Assembly: GCA_040285855.1 (NCBI GenBank)
Contig: JAUFOQ010000001.1
Span: 2,356,001-2,420,000, forward strand
Direction of reading: 5' to 3'
From: Eukaryota sp. GEM-RC1
Taxonomy: Eukaryota
Length of the DNA stretch: 64,000 nt
The notes below the pieces were generated by a model. That model saw only the letters and a program-made list of their open reading frames with translations, was not told where the DNA came from and made no database searches. A program made the position numbers and the translations under genes. This document shows positions 49,633 to 61,612 of this stretch, piece by piece (the stretch's first letter is position 1; each line of letters opens with the position of its first letter).

Positions 49633-50706
49633 TAGTTACCAAGGGGTGAGCCATAAAAACGACAATGTTCCTCTTGGTAGCGGATCATAAAAACTTTATC
49701 TGATGAGGACCATACAGTACTGTCTCAGTGTCTTGCTCACACATTCGCGATAGCTTCTGATTTCCGTTCCCAAAATAAACTGGTTATCTTAAAGTTGATT
49801 TTGTAAGACAAACGTGCGAAACCAGTGTATATCAGTCGCATTATTATTACCGTATATTGAGCATTATTCAAATTTGAGGAAAACAGCTACAGCGTCGTGT
49901 GTATTTTTTAAATGATTCAAATTTGAAGTTAAATATATGATGGTACAAGGCAAAAATTAATTAACATTACTGACAGAAATTGATGTGATCAATGAGGAAT
50001 GATATTATGTAGTGATATCGGGTATCACAGGTAAACACATGTATCATGTACTACTATCAAAAATTTAATGAAGATCGAAAACGACCACCAATATATTATA
50101 GTATTGGTACAACTTGCTTTGTGATAACATGCACCGGATCGGTGGAATTAACAACTCTCAACAAATGACTTGTTGTTATGAGAAAATTGCAAGTTGAACC
50201 ATATTTGACATTGTAAACACATAATCATATAGGTGTTGTCAATTTGTTTTTAATCCCGTAGTCTATTCTACTAATGTTTTAAATATTTTTCTCATAACAT
50301 TAATGTAATTCAGACCTACTTCTATTTCATGCTGAAAGAAAGAATTGGCGATGACCTTGAAGATTTGTGCTTTCGTATAACATGGAATGTACACTCCATC
50401 AAGAATCGTGAAAATGAGGTGAAACATTTCAAGTCATACATCTGTCTTGGTTGTACTTTACAACCAAGAATTCGTTGTAATAATTTACAATCATACATTT
50501 GGTTGCTTCCATAAGTTGTTAAAATTGGTTCTTCTTCACGAATATACTCCAGTCATCAATTTACTAAACGAGATGCACTGACTTCCTGTCATAATTAACA
50601 CCGTCATCTCAAATCCATATAGTGCAATTTACTGAAGGTCGAAAATCAATTCCAATAAATTGCAATACCGATACCGTTAATCAGTGAGAAGAAAAGTAAA
50701 AATATG

Positions 50707-50779
50707 CTCCCGTGTAGGGACTCGAACCCTAAATCGTTCGATTAAAAGTCGAACGCGCTACCAGTTACGCCACGCGGGA
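50707..50779 (-). tRNA. tRNA-Lys (anticodon TTT)
   Basis: 73-nt cloverleaf: acceptor TCCCGCG/CACGGGA (one C-A mismatch), anticodon arm TTCGA-CTTTTAA-TCGAA, T arm TAGGG-TTCGAGT-CCCTA, followed by a T5 Pol III terminator. Confidence 0.93.
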
Positions 50780-50866
50780 TCACAACTTCCATGATCGTTG
50801 CTAGAACGTGTCGGGTAATGATATTCATTTAAACCAAGAGAAGATTTGATCAGACTCCGAGACCAA

Positions 50867-52146
50867 ATGTATCATCTTCTATCACTCCTCCTCTTGGTCA
50901 TCACCTCGTGTGCTGTTGATTGGTCCCCAGTTGATAGTCTCTTACAACAGGGTATTCAAAACAAGATTTATCCTGCTGCTCATGGTCTTGTGTATTCCAA
51001 AACCAAGGGCTTAATCTACGACAAGACTTTTGGTTATTTCTCTTATGGAGAACCACTTCCCTATAACCCCGTCCCACCCAAAGTCACCCAAACCGCAATC
51101 TGGGATATGGCTTCGTGTACCAAAGTCATTGCCACCACATCTGCCGTTGCTCAATTCTACGAACGTGGAGAACTTCCCCTAGATCTCCCACTCTCACATC
51201 CTTCTCTTCTTGGATCTTCCTTCGCTCAGTCTGGAAAGGACAAGATCACAGCCCGTCACGTACTCACCCACAGTTCTGGATTCCCCCCGATCCTTTCCCT
51301 AACTTCATGTCCAAGAACTTTGGCTGTCCAGCTTCCCGTCACACTCCTCCCACTGAAACCTTCTCTTGTATTCCTCAGATCCACACTGCTCTCATGAAGC
51401 AAACCCTGGCTCGTCAACCCGAGGAAAAGTATGTGTATTCAGATCTATCAATGATGACGATGGCTTACGTGGTAGGATCATTGGCTCGTAGACATGGTTA
51501 CGTCATGGATACAGATCTAGAGGATCACTGTAAACTTTTCATCGATGTTGAGCTCTACTCTGACGTGTCAACACTTCCCATTGATCTCTGCTACTATCGA
51601 GCCTACGTCATGAAGTATGCTCTTAAACCCGAGTTTGAATCTGATCAAATGTTGTTTTCCGTCCCTTCCACTCGTAAACCCCAATGCCTTCCTCAATGGA
51701 ATGCCACTGATGTTGGCCGTGGTATCATTCAGGGCTCAGTAAGTGATGAGAACTCTTATGCTGCTGGAGGAGTACTGGGTCATGCTGGACTCTTCTCAAC
51801 TGGAAAGGGAATGCTCTCTTTTGTCAAGAGAATTCTTGAGAATGATGTTGTGAATGCCACGACATTAAAGACCTTTGGTACAGTGGCTAATAGTACTTTC
51901 TCATCACGTGCTCTGGGGTGGGATACCAATTATCCTGATGGATATTCTTGTGGAACTTTGGCGCCTGAGACTTTTATGCATTTAGGGTATACTGGCACTA
52001 TGGTCTGTATTGATCCTACACGTGATTTAGCTTTAGTTTTGTTGACTAATAGGACTTATCCTAATAAGGATAAGACTAGTGTGGGTAAAACTAGGCATTT
52101 GTTTAGTACTTTTGTACAACAAATTTATGATAAATTCTATGTGTAA
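50867..52146 (+). CDS. Secreted beta-lactamase-fold serine hydrolase (AmiE/YbbE-like), with a 1-nt frameshift in the C run near 51285
   Basis: Signal peptide MYHLLSLLLLVITSCA, SxxK (ASCTK), LTHSSG, YSD, VSDEN..GGVLGHAGLFST, HLGYTGT, LLTNR. The two ORFs join if one C is added. Confidence 0.88.
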
Positions 52147-52321
52147 TTGTTTATATTTGTTATAAGTGCAATGTTCTGATATGATATTCTGTTAGCACTG
52201 ATACTACAGAAAACCCAGGTGATGTCTTCAAGGTTTTGAATCAGCTTCAGAATTTACAAATTAATTGGAATTTCGTTTTGAATGAGGAGACTTACAAAAA
52301 GTAATGAGAATGTTATCAATT

Positions 52322-53713
52322 TTATTCAACTATTTCAATCACATGATCACTATGCCATAACAAAGCAAATGGATAATAATTACCGCCACTTAATCTGGGA
52401 AGAGTTCCAGTAAGATTAATTGAAGAATTACTCACGGATTTGATTGTTAAATTGTGATTAACTAGATTTACACTGATTTCGAGTAATTCACCAGGATTCC
52501 ACTGAGTTTTGTTTCCTGAGAGACAACCCCAAACATTATTACCATTGTGGAAACAGTGAGCATTCGAATGACAACCACCATCAACACTAAACTTTGACTC
52601 GTCAATGACTCCAACAGCAAGATTACTAGTATGCCCCTGGTACCTCAACTTCCAAGTATAAACATTACCTTGAACAAGTGGATCTTCTCCCAAGATACTT
52701 TTCATACCATCACTTCCAGCTCCAACAACTTTCTTTTTATCATCGCTAACTTGGAACTGAGAATACTTTCTGGTGTGTGAGAATCTAATCACTTTTGACT
52801 GAGGATCAGCAATACTTTCTAATGTAGTTTTTCTAAATTCTTCGATTTCACATTTTAACCCAGAAATTTCGGTGACAAATTTCATGTTATCTTCTTGTAA
52901 AGTAGAAATTTGATTCTTCAAATCAGAGTTCTCTTCCTTCAAATCAGAATTTTCCTTTTCCAACGAATCGAAATAAAGATTCTTAATTTTGGTGAACAAA
53001 AACTGCATCAAATCAGTTTCCAATTCTTCAACACCTGTTAAAGGAACAAACAGAAACTCATTCCATTGTGAATAAGAAAGAGCTTCAATTGAGCAAGAAT
53101 TTAAAACATTTGAAAATTCATTTAAATCAAAACTTTGATTCAAAATTGATTCCACCATTGACTTGATAAACCACGACTGTGATTGACTTGAAGTGCAGTA
53201 TTTTGAAAGTGCTTGTAACCCTTCAGTAGTGATTGCCATCACGTCATCAATCACAAGGTCGTCAACCTTGGAAAAGAAAGGCCCAACGAATTCCAAAGCT
53301 CTCAAGTCATTCCTTTCATCTGCTTCTTTAATGAATGGTTTTAACCAATCCCATGTTACGAGACGAGTGTTTAGGTGGTTTTCAACAAGTTCAATCAATT
53401 TGTCCACTCGGAAGTAGTGGACAAGATAGTAAAAGTCATAAGCATGGTTGTCATTGAGGGTGAAAGATCCTCCGAAGAAGGACTTGATGAAGGCCAAAAA
53501 GTTGTTGGAATCAACAGGAAGATGGGAGAAGTCGATTGGGTTTTCATCTCTATCACCAAACTCCAAGAACCAAAGAGATCGAAAGTAGGTAGAATGAGCA
53601 GCAAGGATGAATCTGTTCACATCAATAGAGTCTTCTCCAAATGTAATGGTTTGATTACACAGAGAAGGTTCATTGAGAATGATAGATTCTGCTGGCGGAA
53701 GGGAATATGACAT
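52322..53713 (-). CDS. BTB-BACK-coiled-coil-PRY/SPRY protein, intact
   Basis: Uninterrupted ORF from the ATG at 53713 (463 aa), tail-to-tail with the beta-lactamase gene. Confidence 0.92.
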   Translation of the reverse strand: MSYSLPPAESIILNEPSLCNQTITFGEDSIDVNRFILAAHSTYFRSLWFLEFGDRDENPIDFSHLPVDSNNFLAFIKSFFGGSFTLNDNHAYDFYYLVHYFRVDKLIELVENHLNTRLVTWDWLKPFIKEADERNDLRALEFVGPFFSKVDDLVIDDVMAITTEGLQALSKYCTSSQSQSWFIKSMVESILNQSFDLNEFSNVLNSCSIEALSYSQWNEFLFVPLTGVEELETDLMQFLFTKIKNLYFDSLEKENSDLKEENSDLKNQISTLQEDNMKFVTEISGLKCEIEEFRKTTLESIADPQSKVIRFSHTRKYSQFQVSDDKKKVVGAGSDGMKSILGEDPLVQGNVYTWKLRYQGHTSNLAVGVIDESKFSVDGGCHSNAHCFHNGNNVWGCLSGNKTQWNPGELLEISVNLVNHNLTIKSVSNSSINLTGTLPRLSGGNYYPFALLWHSDHVIEIVE

Positions 53714-55169
53714 CAGGATCAAGACAAAAGGAGATGAGAATACGTCCAGTTCAACTACAAAAATAGTATAGGAGAAATCGTATCACTTGTTGACACCGTA
53801 GAGTGACGTGGCATGTAGTCAATAGTATTGTGTATTCTTGTTATAAATCTTTTCTTGCTTCCTTGACAAAGGCTAACATCACTATCATTCATCCTACACC
53901 TGCTCATCATATCCGATGACTCTGATTCTATCTTTTGTACTCTATTACTTTCGACTAAGAACAGAGTTCCATTGCACTTTCTCTATCCAACACTTTTCTT
54001 CATCTACATGATTAAAATTCTTTTACTAATGTAAACAATGATGCTGATTCTCGCTCTTCTTTCTTCACCTTCCCCTGGTGTTGAAAATTCTGTCTTGCAT
54101 TTGAACCACTTATTATTGATATCATAGACACTTTGGTGATGTTTACTTTTGACATTCTTTATGGATTAACTTTTGTCTTGACTCACCTTGTTTTATTATT
54201 ATTCTCCAAGAACTGGTTCTTCTTCAAATCAATTAGGTAAAGATGAAATCTGGTTTCCAATTGTGTTGATAGCCGTTGTTCCTTTTTTTACTTCTTACTT
54301 TTGTGTTACACAGATCATCATTTGTACTGTTAATAAACTGAGTGTTCTAAATTACACATACAATGGTGACATCTTCTTGAACAATCATCTATGGTGAGCT
54401 TCTTTTCTATAACTCCTGCCATGACCTATTACATGCATTGTACCATTATTGTGTCCTACTGCAGTTTAATTTCTTTAAAGAATATCTTCGTCAAGGTTTT
54501 TTTTACACTGTTTTATTTTATTATAAATGTAATAGATCAAACAACTAAAATTTGATATCATTAAAACAACACCCGTCGCTATCGAACCTTACAACAGCTT
54601 TGTCCTCATAACAGGAACTCACTACTAATAAAGCTTTGGAGATGATTAGGGGAATTGTTTTGGAAACAGTAGTCAAGATAGTGGTAGCTAGGAATAGCCA
54701 AACCTTGTAATTCTGAGATTTATTGTTGTCCTGCTGATCTGTGAATTTTTAGTTGGTGAGATGCAGACACTACAATGTAGTTTAGGTACAAATTAGAAAC
54801 ACAGAGAACTAATTCTCTCAAGTCATGTTGATTTATGCTCTCACCATCAAATACGTGTGCATTGTGTTCAACTTTAAGTGTTTGACTAAAACACTACTGA
54901 TGCAATCCAAAATACATACGTTTTCGCATTATTTATTGAAGAATACAAATTAAAATATATTTTACCCTGACAGTTGATGACGTCATTATTCTTCTGGATT
55001 CTTTAACCTACAAGAAAATTGAATTCCCATTTCCTAGGACGAGACAATCCGGACCAGTCACATACGCGCTAATGAACAATAGAGTTCATATTTAAGGTAA
55101 AAGCGAGGGGGAACCAGAAGTCGGGTGAGAAGATTCACTTCTTGAGAGATTTGAAAGACAACTTCCAAC

Positions 55170-56353
55170 ATGACAACAGCATTGTTAGGTTTTTCCTCTA
55201 GAAATTCTTCATTAGAATCTCAGGACAGAGTCCATCAGTACTCTAAACTTGCAGACACACTTAAAACAGTCCACAAACATCGATGCGGAAAACATCGTCT
55301 TTTGTCGAAATCTCTTACTTCCCAATACCCAGAGGCTTCACTACTCTTGAATATCAGAAAACTTGAACATTCTGCCGAAGCCTTACTTTCTCGTGTTCGT
55401 CTTGAACAATCATATCCCTTCAACTACGTCAATGCTTCCTTTTTTCCTGTCTCCTTCACAGCTTCATTCTCTTTCAAAAGGAAGGTACTCTATGCACTGT
55501 AACTTTTACCCCTTCTAATCTCATTTGTCCCATTCTCCAACAGCTCTACACTTCTAACCTGTCAGACAACGTTCTCGTAAACTCATGTACTCTCTCTGTA
55601 TCATCTTATCGTGATAACAGACCTATCCTCTCTACCCCCATCTCAATAACCTCTTCAGAACCTCAGTCATTTGAGTTCAACTCTAACTGCAAGGTTCTAC
55701 GACTTACCATCGACATTGAACCTCATCTCAAAACTTCTCTCTTCTCCCCTTCCCCTCTTCTGTCTTCAATAATGTCTAGCATCGGTTCCCTCCCCCCTCC
55801 CATTGCTGTCTCCCTTCCCCAAACTCTCTCAGCAGTTCTCAAGTACGCAATGACTAGGGGTTGTGTCAATGACCAAATGAAGGTAATAGCTGGAAGAGAT
55901 GAGCTCATCACTCAACTCATATCCCCTCAGATGGCAGTCGACTCAGTTGATCTCGTCTCTTTCGTCCTTGCTCAGCTCAAGCTCTCAACTCCAAGTGCTC
56001 AAGTAATGATCAACTCCAATACTAGATTATCCATGGATTGCAGGTTTGAAGTATCACCGAGGCTGTCTGGGGACTTGATATCTAACGAGGTTGAAGCAGA
56101 GAGACCTTGGGTTGATGACGTGATTGATGTTGCTTGGAGGAGGTGTGAGTTGTTGAAGGAGAGTGTGATTGATCCCTGTGGTAGTCTGTCAAATTTGATT
56201 GGATCGTATAGTGATGAGATGAAGGTGTTGAAGCAGTTTAATTCACCAGTTGAGGAGCGTAGTGGTGAGGTGTTTAGGAAATCTCCTGAGATTAGCACTA
56301 TTTTAGCTCAACGAATGTCTTTAATGAACAAAAGTCAACGTGCAAGCAAATAG
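55170..56353 (+). CDS. Divergent SWIB-domain BAF60/SMARCD-like subunit, one 59-nt intron (55485-55543)
   Basis: Removing GTACTC..CTAAT..CAACAG joins ORF 55170 in frame to ORF 55772. Motifs LLNIRKLEHSAEALLSRVRLE, SPSPLLSSI..LSAVLKYA and SPVEERS resemble SMARCD/Snf12. Confidence 0.65.
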
Positions 56354-56723
56354 TATTGGTTTATTTGATGGTTTTGGATTATTTATTTAAGGAAGTTTGT
56401 GTCTGTGTTATTAATTGTTAAACAACAGCAATAGAAATGTATTGCACTGTAATAAACCATTCATAAGTCAGTCACTCTTCAGTATTCATTTTAACATTTG
56501 ACTGGAGTTGATTCGAAGTTGGATGTTACGAATTCTGTATTCTGCTGCTTCTCGTCGTTTAACTTCTCTTTCTGTGGATTCTAGGGTCATTGCAAAAGAA
56601 GAAGTTGCAAAGGGTATTGCTGAAGTTCTTACCAAAAATTAACAAAAGATTTACGTATCAGATTTCAATAAATTACACTGAATTGAATAGAAAATTCTAT
56701 TCAGTTGATGTAAAGTGTTTTTT

Positions 56724-56805
56724 CTACTTGGAATGGATTATCTGGAAGTAATGGATTTTCTCCCAAGATATTTCTGAATAGACTACGGCCACTTCCATAT
56801 ACAAC
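56724..56805 (-). pseudogene. Tiny SPRY loop-1 remnant
   Basis: Reads VVYGSGRSLFRNILGENPLLPDN. Confidence 0.7.
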
Positions 56806-57037
56806 TGCATAACATCCGAGAATAATTACTAAGTAATTCGAGTTCTAATTTGATAGTTTGTAAATTACACATTGAACTGGGTTTATGCTACTAGTAGCAA
56901 GATTGAACAACATTAAGCATGGTTTTTACTAACTTTTTGACTGTAAACTTCCAGGGTGTGTTCTAATGAAATTAGATGCATTAATTATTCACAGAGTAGA
57001 GTAATTTTGAGACTTACACGTGAAAAAGATGTCAACT

Positions 57038-58409
57038 TCATTCAACTATTTCAAGCACGTGATTATAAAATAAGATAGCACAAAGATAGTAATTACCACT
57101 ACTTAATCTGGGAAGAGTTCCAGTGAGATTAATTGAAGAATTACTCACGGATTTGATTGTTAAAGTGTGATTAATTAAGTTTGCATTGATTTCGAGTAAT
57201 TCACCAGGATTCCAGCTAGTTTTGTTTCCTGAGAGACAACCAAAAACATTATTACCATTGTGGAAACAGTGAGCATTCCCCCAACAATCACCATCAACAC
57301 TAAACTTTGACTCGTCAATTACTCCAACAACAAGATTATCAGTATACCCCTGGTATCAACTTCCAAGTATACTCATTACCTGGAAGAAGTGGATCTTCTC
57401 CCAAGATATTTCTCCACCCACTACCACCACTTCCAAAAACAACTCTCCTTCTGTCCCCACTAACTTGTAACTCAGAATGTTTCTTAGTTGGAGAGAATCT
57501 AATCACTTTTGATTGAGGAACTGATTGAGACACCACTTGAGTTTCTGTAGTTGTCTTTTTAAGTTGTTCAATTTCTTGTTTTAGTTTAGCAATTTCGTTC
57601 GACTTTGTAGCAGTTAAATTCTGAATTTCAATTGTTAAGTCATAATTTTCCTTCACCAAAGAGTCAAAATAAAGATTCTTAACTCTTGTGAACAAAAACT
57701 TCATCAAATCGGCTTCCAATTCTTCAACGTCTTTTAAAGGAACAAACAGAAACTCATCCCATTGTTGAAAAGAAAGAGCTTCAATTGAGCAAGAATTTGA
57801 GATACTTGGAAATTCATTCAGATCGAAACTGTGATTCAGAATTGATTCCACCATTGATTTAATCAGCCAAGACTGTGATTGAGTGGAAGTGCAGAATTTT
57901 GAAAGTGTTTGTAACCCTTCAGTAGTGATTGGCATCACGTCATCAATCAGAAGGTCATCAATCTTAGAAAAGAAAGGACCAGCGAATTCCAGAGCTCTCA
58001 AGTCATTTCTTTCATCTGTTTCTTTAATGAATGGTTTTAGCCAATCCCAGGTAACGAGATTAGTGTTTAGGTGGTTTTCCACTTGTACAATCAGTTTGTC
58101 CACTTGGAAGTAGTGGACAAGATAGTAAAAGTCATAAGCATTGTTCTCGTTGAGGGTGAAAGATCGTCCGAAGAAGGACTTGATAAAGGCAATAAAGTTG
58201 TTGGAATCAACAGGCAGATGAGAGAAGTCGATTGGGTTTTCGTCTCTATCACCAAACTCCAAGAACCAAAGAGACCGGAAGCAGGTAGAATGAGCAGCAA
58301 GGATGACTCTGTGTACTTCAATAGACTCTTCTCCAAATGTAATGGTTTGGTTGCATAGGTAAGGTTCATCGAGGATGATAGATTCAGCTGGGGGAAGGGA
58401 ATATGACAT
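57038..58409 (-). pseudogene. BTB-BACK-coiled-coil-PRY/SPRY gene with a 2-nt deletion in SPRY
   Basis: TTGATACCAG versus TTGAGGTACCAG in paralogs (~57355). The rest of SPRY continues to a TGA at 57038-57040. Only 2 heptads. Confidence 0.85.
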
Positions 58410-58554
58410 CAAAACAATGCAAACGGAGAGAGAAGTGGTTTAGTTAATTATCCAATGATTCTATCTTTTGTACTCTATTACTTTCGACTAAGAACAGAGT
58501 TCCATTGCAATTCCTTTCACCAACACTTGTCTACATCATCTATATGATGAGGAC

Positions 58555-59702
58555 CAGGAGTGTGTATCGATAAAATCTTACTGTTCGACAACGATTCATC
58601 TACTTATCGATATCTTATCGACCCCACAATTCTGGAAGATATATTTATCGACTGTCTCCAACAATATTCCGATATACTGCGATAAATAAATATAATTTTC
58701 TGGAGACAAAATGACCATCTGTTTGGTTTCAGTGAGTGATTTCTCTAAAACAGGTCACATTCACTGGTCACATATCGGTATTAGTCTCACTGAAACTTAT
58801 TATGAGTGCTAATTATTTCGCACTTGTACTAGTCTCACTAAATACATAATTCTATGACATCATTATTTTTGAAAAACCTTCTCTCTATTTTAAGTTACCA
58901 ATCTCCTTAACAAATAAACTCTGCCGTTGATCCATCTGTGTTTCGTCACGATTTCTAGAACATCAATGGTCAACTTATGTTCATGTCAATCTCTCCAGTA
59001 CCTTCTCCAGTTGGCTCTTGGAAGATGCTTTGGGTCTTAAAGCTACAGATGAAGCTAGAGTCAAATTATTTAGAGTGTTTAGAGGGGAATCATATATTCA
59101 AGTAGGGTTTTTAAGTTGATCTCATCATTATAAAAGTTCTTCTAACTTTAAGAGCTCATTCAATCAATTGCATCTTTGTTACATCTTTCTCGTTAAAAAT
59201 AATTAAAGTAGTACATATTTGGGAGGTCAACATTGAAACTCTCATATCGGAATTCGTCCCACTGAGACTATTTTACAGTGACTAATTCAAACAATCAGTG
59301 TATTAAAATTGTAGTAATGACTGATAAAAGATGTTGGAGAATTTGTTTCCTGCTGCACAAATCCATCATGACCCATGAGTTTTCAAGAAAAGACCTTGAG
59401 GCTCTAGGCTATGCCAAGGTTCCCTTCTAACTTCTACTTTAGGCTTATTCTGCCCCAACCCCAGCAAAAGCTGAGCACAGAGATACGCATGGTGCTTGGA
59501 AATTCGTTAAGCATAGTAAACGTAGTTTGATTAGTATAGATAACTTGCATATTGTTATTGTATGTTCGTCAATTATCTAAGATATATTTATCGATTCACG
59601 GTGCATTAGTCGGTAAATAAATAAGATATATTTCCTGACACTATATTTATCGAAGTTGCCTAAAAAAAGATAAATAAAAGTTATCGATAATACACACTCC
59701 TG
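58555..59702. mobile_element. Non-autonomous hAT-type element (1148 bp)
   Basis: TIR CAGGAGTGTGTA..TACACACTCCTG, perfect 8-bp TSD ATGAGGAC, TATCGA subterminal repeats. It is inserted in the upstream block of the 57038 gene. Confidence 0.92.
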
Positions 59703-60419
59703 ATGAGGACTCTTCCATTAAGACAATCAATGCTTTGTCAAGAACTGTGTCTTCTTTAAAATCGATTAAATAATGATGCTCTGTGATTTTCATTTGATTT
59801 GATAGTCTCATGGTTGTCTTGCTTTCGACGTGTTTCTCATGTGTTCCACAAAAGGTCATTTTGGGTTTTTACAGTTTCGTGTAACTACACTTAAAGAACT
59901 CTATAACTATACCATCATATCCTTTACTATGCTTGTAATGGGGTCTTGTGAATCTCCTTAGTGTATAAGTAAAGAACACCAACAATGGAGTGGAAATTAA
60001 TAACGTAAATCTAAATCAGTATTCTTCAAAATATCCCGATCAATCGTTGATATCTAAATCTAACCAACGTAAACACCAAAATGACCGTTATTAATTTCTT
60101 CGTCAAAGGTTTTCGATAATGTCATTAACTTTGACCACTTCTAGATCAAACTATTTGCTGAGGCCAGTGTACATATAACAATTTCGTTTTGGAGCAAAAA
60201 GGAGATGTGATTGTTTCCTAGAATACTGGTTCCTCTTGTATTACAGACTTGTCCGCCAGATGTTTGAACTTTTTTACATTGAATGATGGTTAGGTCTTTC
60301 GCATAAATACTAATATATACTAGTAAGTATTGAAATCAGCTCTAATTTTTCTGCTCTTGAAGTGGCTGAAAAGGAAAAAATACAAAGTACTGTCACTTAA
60401 TTAACCAATTGAATGTTGA

Positions 60420-60700
60420 CAGGTACAATTCTTTGTGTTTCAACCTTTTGTGATGTCGATATACGGTAATATTGGACCAGCTGCACAAGGTTTTTTAACT
60501 TCCTTTGGTAAATTGTGTTCTGAGTATGGTTAAGTTTTCAATGAAAATTTTTGGTTGAGTAGGTTAACGTTTGCGTTGTTTCGTTCAATGCACAGATATT
60601 TTAATTCAATTTTAGGTAAGTTGTTCGGTGATGGACAGAAGGATCATAGTTTAGATACTTTAGTTAGTGTCTGTTAGTTATTAACTTCTGCAAATGCATT
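60420..60700 (+). mobile_element. RLE retrotransposon 3' end fragment
   Basis: FQPFVMSIYGNIGPAAQ..FWLSRLTFALFRSM, the same C-terminal motif as the other copies. Confidence 0.65.
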
Positions 60701-61612
60701 TATTTCACTGATTGATCATAAACCCCGTTTTTTTTGAAATCAGTGCAACACTTCAAATATGACTGGGTTTCTTTACGGAACCAGTAATTTTTTAAAAAAT
60801 CTTTGAGTTTAACTAGTCAAACAATACAAGCATACCTTCTTCTATACTTGTATTAGGACCTCGACGAAATATAGTTTCAATACTCAGGCTGTTATACAAA
60901 AACAATTTAATCATGTTAAGTGACATCTTTGGAAAATCATTTGGCTTTATCATATCAGCGATTGGACCAAAATTTCCATTTTTGGAAGTACACGTAATGG
61001 GAAAAGGCGTTTTGGTTTTTAATTCATTTTTTGAGTCTATGTGTAAGGATCAGAAATAAAGATTTAATTTGATTTCCTGTGTTCCAACTGATGTCCATTT
61101 TTATCAAGTCAATTATCACTAAGTACACCGGTGGTGATGTTGATCAGAAAGTTTCTGTGCTCATATTGATATCTATTTTTGTCCTGTTCATCCATGAACT
61201 TTTCTACTTCGACTACAATTGTTGACAACATATACAGTAATAATAGTTTTCTAATAGATTGCCGATTGATCAGACGTAACTAAGAGCCAACCGTTCTCTG
61301 AGTTCGGTTGGAATCCTATTGAAAAGAAGTGAAATAACAGTACGTGGATTTATGTTAACCGCGACTACTAGTGGCAAGAAATCAAAACAAAAGAGTCTAT
61401 ATTTGGTTCTATTGGATGAAGATCAGTTTTATGTTTATTTTTGAAGTGATATACCTCAACTATCACACAATACCACACTGTTATGTGATATTGTGAAGTG
61501 ATATGTGTGATTCACAGGGATGTGTGATACCCAAGTATGGTCTAAACACATTCATGACAATTCTTTATCAGAAATAAATACAAAAATAAACTACATTAAT
61601 AAATTCCGCGTA

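Noticed and set aside
51280..51292. Programmed frameshifting or phase variation at homopolymers (also 9241, 21241, 22933, 45508)
   Set aside because: Single-base differences in short runs also separate the two duplication copies in non-coding DNA, which fits long-read consensus error better. Polishing is needed to decide.
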